Source: Candidatus Acidiferrales bacterium
Lineage (GTDB): Bacteria > Acidobacteriota > Terriglobia > Acidiferrales > UBA7541
NCBI GenBank assembly: GCA_050015155.1
Contig: JBEKBY010000011.1
Location: 633 to 64,632 of the forward strand
Reading direction: 5' to 3'
DNA: 64,000 nucleotides
Below the pieces are notes generated by a model. The model made no database searches, was not told the DNA's origin, and was given only the letters and a program-made list of their open reading frames with translations. Shown piece after piece: positions 63,393 through 64,000 of the stretch. Position numbers and translations under genes: made by a program. How positions within the stretch are numbered: position 1 is the stretch's first letter; each line of letters starts with the position of its first letter.

Positions 63393-64000
63393 ACGACCCG
63401 ACACGGGTCGCCGTCGTCGGGGCAACGGGCTACGCAGGATTCGAGCTGGCCCGGCTTCTGCTGCGGCACCCACATATCGATAAACTGACCTTCTTTCTCC
63501 GCGAGAATTACGCGAACGTACGCTGCCTCACGGAGCTTTTCCCTCAGCTCCGGGGCTGGGGGGAGGCCCCTTGCCGGCCGCTTTCTGTCGAAGCCGTGGG
63601 GACAAGCGGCGCGGACATCGTGTTCCTCTCGACGCCGCACGAGGCTTCGCTCGAGCTCGTCCCCGAGTTGCTCGCAGCGAACCCGGCGCTGCGCATCGTG
63701 GACCTGAGCGGCGCGTTCCGTTTCCGCCAGCCGGAGACATTCGCGAAGTGGTACAAGCTGCCTGCGCCGGATGCAAAGATTCTGGCGGAGGCGGTTTACG
63801 GCCTGCCGGAGCTGTATGCGGATGCGCTCCCGAAAGCGCGGCTCATCGGGAATCCGGGATGCTATCCGACTTCCGTGATCCTCGGACTGAAGCCTCTCGT
63901 CGATGCCGGCTGGATCGACAAGGCGCGCGGGATCGTATGTGATTGCAAGTCCGGCGTGACGGGGGCCGGCAAAGAGCCCAAGCGCGAGACGCATTTCGTC
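63389..64000 (+). CDS. argC: N-acetyl-gamma-glutamyl-phosphate reductase (partial, runs off window end)
   Basis: Hand-translated open frame. MNDPTRVAVVGATGYAGFELARLL.. and active-site GNPGCYPTS. ATGA overlap with the argR stop. Absent from the ORF track because there is no stop in the window. Confidence 0.9.
   Translation, partial: MNDPTRVAVVGATGYAGFELARLLLRHPHIDKLTFFLRENYANVRCLTELFPQLRGWGEAPCRPLSVEAVGTSGADIVFLSTPHEASLELVPELLAANPALRIVDLSGAFRFRQPETFAKWYKLPAPDAKILAEAVYGLPELYADALPKARLIGNPGCYPTSVILGLKPLVDAGWIDKARGIVCDCKSGVTGAGKEPKRETHFV

Noticed and set aside
1-64000. Looked for CRISPR arrays, rRNA genes, retron/reverse transcriptase, restriction-modification, toxin-antitoxin pairs and other known defence gene signatures.
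   Set aside because: No regularly spaced direct repeats, no rRNA-like sequence, and no RT, Cas, methyltransferase or helicase-nuclease defence motifs seen. The HNH gene (46468-46977) is a stand-alone McrA-like type next to housekeeping comF/dksA-like genes.

Overview
High-GC (about 60%) bacterial chromosomal window. The gene content suggests Acidobacteriota (inference from many Ser/Thr kinases fused to TolB-like beta-propellers, an ECF sigma factor paired with a kinase, and Tat/Sec-secreted hydrolases). I support about 60 protein genes, 2 tRNAs (Glu-UUC, Val-GAC) and no rRNA or CRISPR array.

Left to right:
- 187-6414: four same-strand secreted serine esterases plus a broken fifth hydrolase gene.
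- 6415-9230: a 2.8-kb decayed zone. It holds two identical 48-bp copies of the 3' half of a tRNA-Ala(UGC), which I read as att-type scars. Each copy is abutted by a 3'-truncated pseudogene.
- 9280-14851: a tandem array of paralogous kinase/beta-propeller genes linked by ATGA overlaps. The third copy is reduced to a 19-codon stub.
- 16049-19759: an ECF sigma factor / TPR-kinase / small protein module, followed by another kinase fragment and a small decayed low-GC patch.
- 21-64 kb: mostly housekeeping. This includes PilZ proteins, an MFS transporter, a UvrC-like protein, acyl-CoA dehydrogenase, greA, an EF-G paralog, a Cys/Met PLP enzyme, an IS110 remnant, CapA, MltD-like lytic transglycosylase, HNH/ComF/DksA, the lpdA-lipB-E1alpha-E1beta-E2 2-oxoacid dehydrogenase operon, TonB, a desaturase next to a two-component system, and argR-argC.

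No recognisable defence or secondary-metabolite system was seen. The most unusual signals:
- the tRNA-fragment repeats and their associated gene decay;
- kinase gene birth and death, with two N-terminal stubs broken at nearly the same codon;
- a partial duplication of a luciferase-like monooxygenase gene around an FAD oxidoreductase;
- two oppositely polarised acidic/basic low-complexity proteins;
- a desaturase with an upstream 11-bp-phased direct repeat, next to a sensor-less histidine kinase and an OmpR-type regulator.

All homology statements come from motif recognition by eye. No database search was run.
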